Position numbers and translations under genes: made by a program. Source: Nemertoderma westbladi (lineage: Eukaryota > Animalia > Xenacoelomorpha). Taken from it: 37,799 nt of DNA. Below, piece by piece: positions 35,560-37,799 of the stretch. How positions within the stretch are numbered: the first letter of the stretch is position 1; every line of letters begins with the position of its first letter. The notes under the pieces are model-generated. The model had not been told where the DNA came from. It searched no databases and was given only the letters and a program-made list of their open reading frames with translations. Location: contig JAUCBJ010008399.1 of NCBI GenBank assembly GCA_032718475.1, forward strand, positions 1 to 37,799. Direction: 5' to 3'.

Positions 35560-35830
35560 TTATCTTCATGAGGCTGCTGAAGCACGAGATTGTGTACAGG
35601 CTGGTGATCATGGCAAACGCAGATAATCAAGCTTTGGGGGGACTAATGAGACACCTAATTGTTGTAGAGTCTGGTTGGAGTTGTGTTCACTGCATTGTAC
35701 TTGACACACTGAACATTCTTGTATATGTCTAGAGATCTATATCCTCTAGAGATTTGGTATCCTCTTCAGTTCGAGCCCAGCATTATCTCCCGTCTATGAG
35801 TACTGGTTCTAGTATTGTGACGGGATTGAG
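35560..35830 (-). mobile_element. Decayed RTE fragment, same old family as 18399-18660
   Basis: Minus strand reads HQPVHNLVLQQPH and EEDTKSL, and shares tgtacttgacaca with the 18.6-kb copy. Confidence 0.65.
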
Positions 35831-35878
35831 CTGCCATAAATAATTGAACCTTGAGATTCCGGTGTATTTTTTCGACTT

Positions 35879-36372
35879 CTAAATCATACAGAGCCTATTC
35901 AATGTTGCACTAAATCATACAGAGCCTATTCAATGTTGCACTAAATCATACACAGCCTATTCAATGTTGCACTAAATCATACACAGCCTATTCAATGTTG
36001 CACTAAATCATACACAGCCTATTCAATGTTGCACTAAATCATACACAGCCTATTCATACACAGCCTATTCAATGTTGCACTAAATCATACACAGCCTATT
36101 CAATGTTGCACTAAATCATACACAGCCTATTCAATGTTGCACTAAATCATACACAGCCTATTCAATGTTGCACTAAATCATACACAGCCTATTCAATGTT
36201 GCACTAAATCATACACAGCCTATTCAATGTTGCACTAAATCATACACAGCCTATTCAATGTTGCACTAAATCATACACAGCCTATTCTAATACACAGCCT
36301 ATTCTAATACACAGCCTATTCAACCTATTCAACCTATTCAACCTATAGACACAGCCTATTCAATGTTGCACT
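35879..36372. repeat. 31-bp minisatellite, ~13 full copies plus fragments
   Basis: Unit ctaaatcatacacagcctattcaatgttgca, decaying into shorter subunits at the right end. Confidence 0.96.
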
Positions 36373-37061
36373 TTCTTTCCCCTTACGTATTCGAAGATCC
36401 CTAAGATACAAGTATCAGAGGATATCCACATGGATATCTTGCACGGCATCTTAGTGCTTAGTGCTTAGTGCTTATACTCATATGATCAGACGTTTCTTTA
36501 GGACAGTAGAAGTTAAGTTGAATTTGGGTATTTTTTTTCGAAATTTTGTAATTAGGAGGCTATTGAAAATTCCCGGCTCAAACAGACTACAGCGGCCAAG
36601 AATACAGTTAAGGCTGCATCTAGGTCCCTGAACAGCAGTACTCTGCTAATCTACAGGAACTAATAAACCAACACGTTAATGCCATCAATGATGCCGACGA
36701 CAGCAGTCAATCATCCCAGGCTTGGAAATCGATCAACTTGCTTACTGGGCGGAAAAGCCAACCAACCACCAAGGTTAAGGCAGAATCACCATCCGATCGC
36801 CTCAATGGTTGGAAGACCCACACAGTTAACTTCGACAAACCTCAAGAAATATCTAAATCTATGAGCATAATCTCTAAGGAGGTGTGCCTAAGAATGTGGA
36901 TGACTTGTTACTTTCCAGGATATGGAAGTCACATTGGATACACGTCGGAGACTTTAGGCTTGACTATTTAGAGCAGCAATAGTACCAGTACTCCTATATG
37001 GGTGTCCACTGTCAATGGTCCATGCCGGGGTCTAACTGCTGAGGACACCAAATCTCTGGAT

Positions 37062-37374
37062 AAAATCGAGTTATATTGGTGTTGTAAGGGTCTAAGCCAC
37101 GATTCTAAGTAAAACAAATTCCTTTTTATCATATGGCCATTTCGTGTATTAACACACGTCTTCAGTGATATAAATATATATTAAAATGTTTACATAATTT
37201 ACATATTAAAATAAGTACGTACGAATTAAATAAAATGAAATAAAGTGAAATGAAAATTTTTTTTTTTTTCATTTCACTTTATTTCATTTTATTTAATTCG
37301 TACTTCCTCCCAATATAACTCGATTTTAGTATGTATTCGCCGCGAACGACATCTTTCAAACTCGCTTCATATTT
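37062..37374 (-). mobile_element. 313-bp hammerhead-bearing insertion (Penelope-like pLTR remnant or retrozyme-like) with 12-bp TSD
   Basis: AAATCTCTGGAT at 37050-37061 and 37375-37386. Internal inverted segments 37061-37079/37310-37328 and 37219-37256/37266-37303. Contains a hammerhead. Confidence 0.8.
37127..37170 (-). ncRNA. Type I hammerhead ribozyme
   Basis: Minus strand: uauca CUGAAGA c gugug uuaa uacac GAA Auggcca U A ugaua. Stem I is uauca/ugaua, stem II is gugug/uacac, stem III is the palindrome AUGGCCAU, and the cleavage triplet is AUA. Confidence 0.85.
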
Positions 37375-37799
37375 AAATCTCTGGATGGCACTTTCACAAG
37401 AATTATTGTTTAATCACCACCTCCTAGTATACAATACAATGCGATAGATCATGTAAATAATGTGTGTAATAGCATAGACAATGTCTGTACTGTAGCACAA
37501 TTTAAAATATAAAAAGCCGGCACCGACCCACAGTCAACAGTTTTGAAATAATAATACACGGTAACAAATAAATTAACCATTAATATTTCAAAGCGCAAAA
37601 GCGTTAAACAAAACTAATATATACTTATACAAGAATGTTATGCCGGATTCATAGTGTCAAGTCAACTCATTTCCAACTATTGGTCCACCAAGCTTGAGAT
37701 TTGAACAATGCCGCTGCTTCGACAATGCTTTCGCCAAGAGGGCCAGCCTGTGCACAATCATGTGAATTGCTATAAGGGGTAATGGAAAACTACCATTAC

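Larger units (their letters stand above)
36590..37775 (+). mobile_element. Heavily deleted old RTE LINE, interrupted by later insertions
   Basis: Fragments QAWKSIN, TGRKSQ..KVKAESPSDRLNGWKTH, FRAAIVPVLLYG, EDTKSLD|GTFTR and CFRQEGQPVHN occur in the expected order. Confidence 0.7.

Noticed and set aside
31960-35732. Assorted 60-105 aa ORFs other than the RTE fragment
   Set aside because: They overlap tandem repeats, microsatellites or TE antisense strands and show no recognisable domains.

Overview
This is an AT-rich, repeat-laden eukaryotic (probably invertebrate metazoan) window. The only host gene found is an intact minus-strand SLC22/organic cation transporter-type MFS gene. It has 8 coding exons (30556 down to 12124), all GT-AG with consistent phases, giving about 567 aa. 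Four of its introns carry different tandem satellites (21, 40, 31 and 53 bp), and a fifth satellite (37/38 bp) lies downstream. The left end holds a nested pair of non-LTR retrotransposons: a 5'-truncated APE-RT LINE inserted antisense, with a TCTATA duplication, into an RT ORF that shows no endonuclease upstream. The right end holds a CRE-like RLE fragment, a TTAA-flanked non-autonomous DNA transposon with a tandemly amplified left terminus, several RTE fragments, and a 313-bp TSD-flanked insertion carrying a complete type I hammerhead ribozyme. The two least explained structures are (i) an intronic array of six invariant 21-nt GAAA-tetraloop hairpins with variable spacers (17201-17725) and (ii) a 288-bp duplication with a near-invariant structured core upstream of the RT. 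The giant ORFs at 22.6-29.3 kb are artefacts of the 21-bp satellite. All calls were made by eye, and family assignments need database confirmation.
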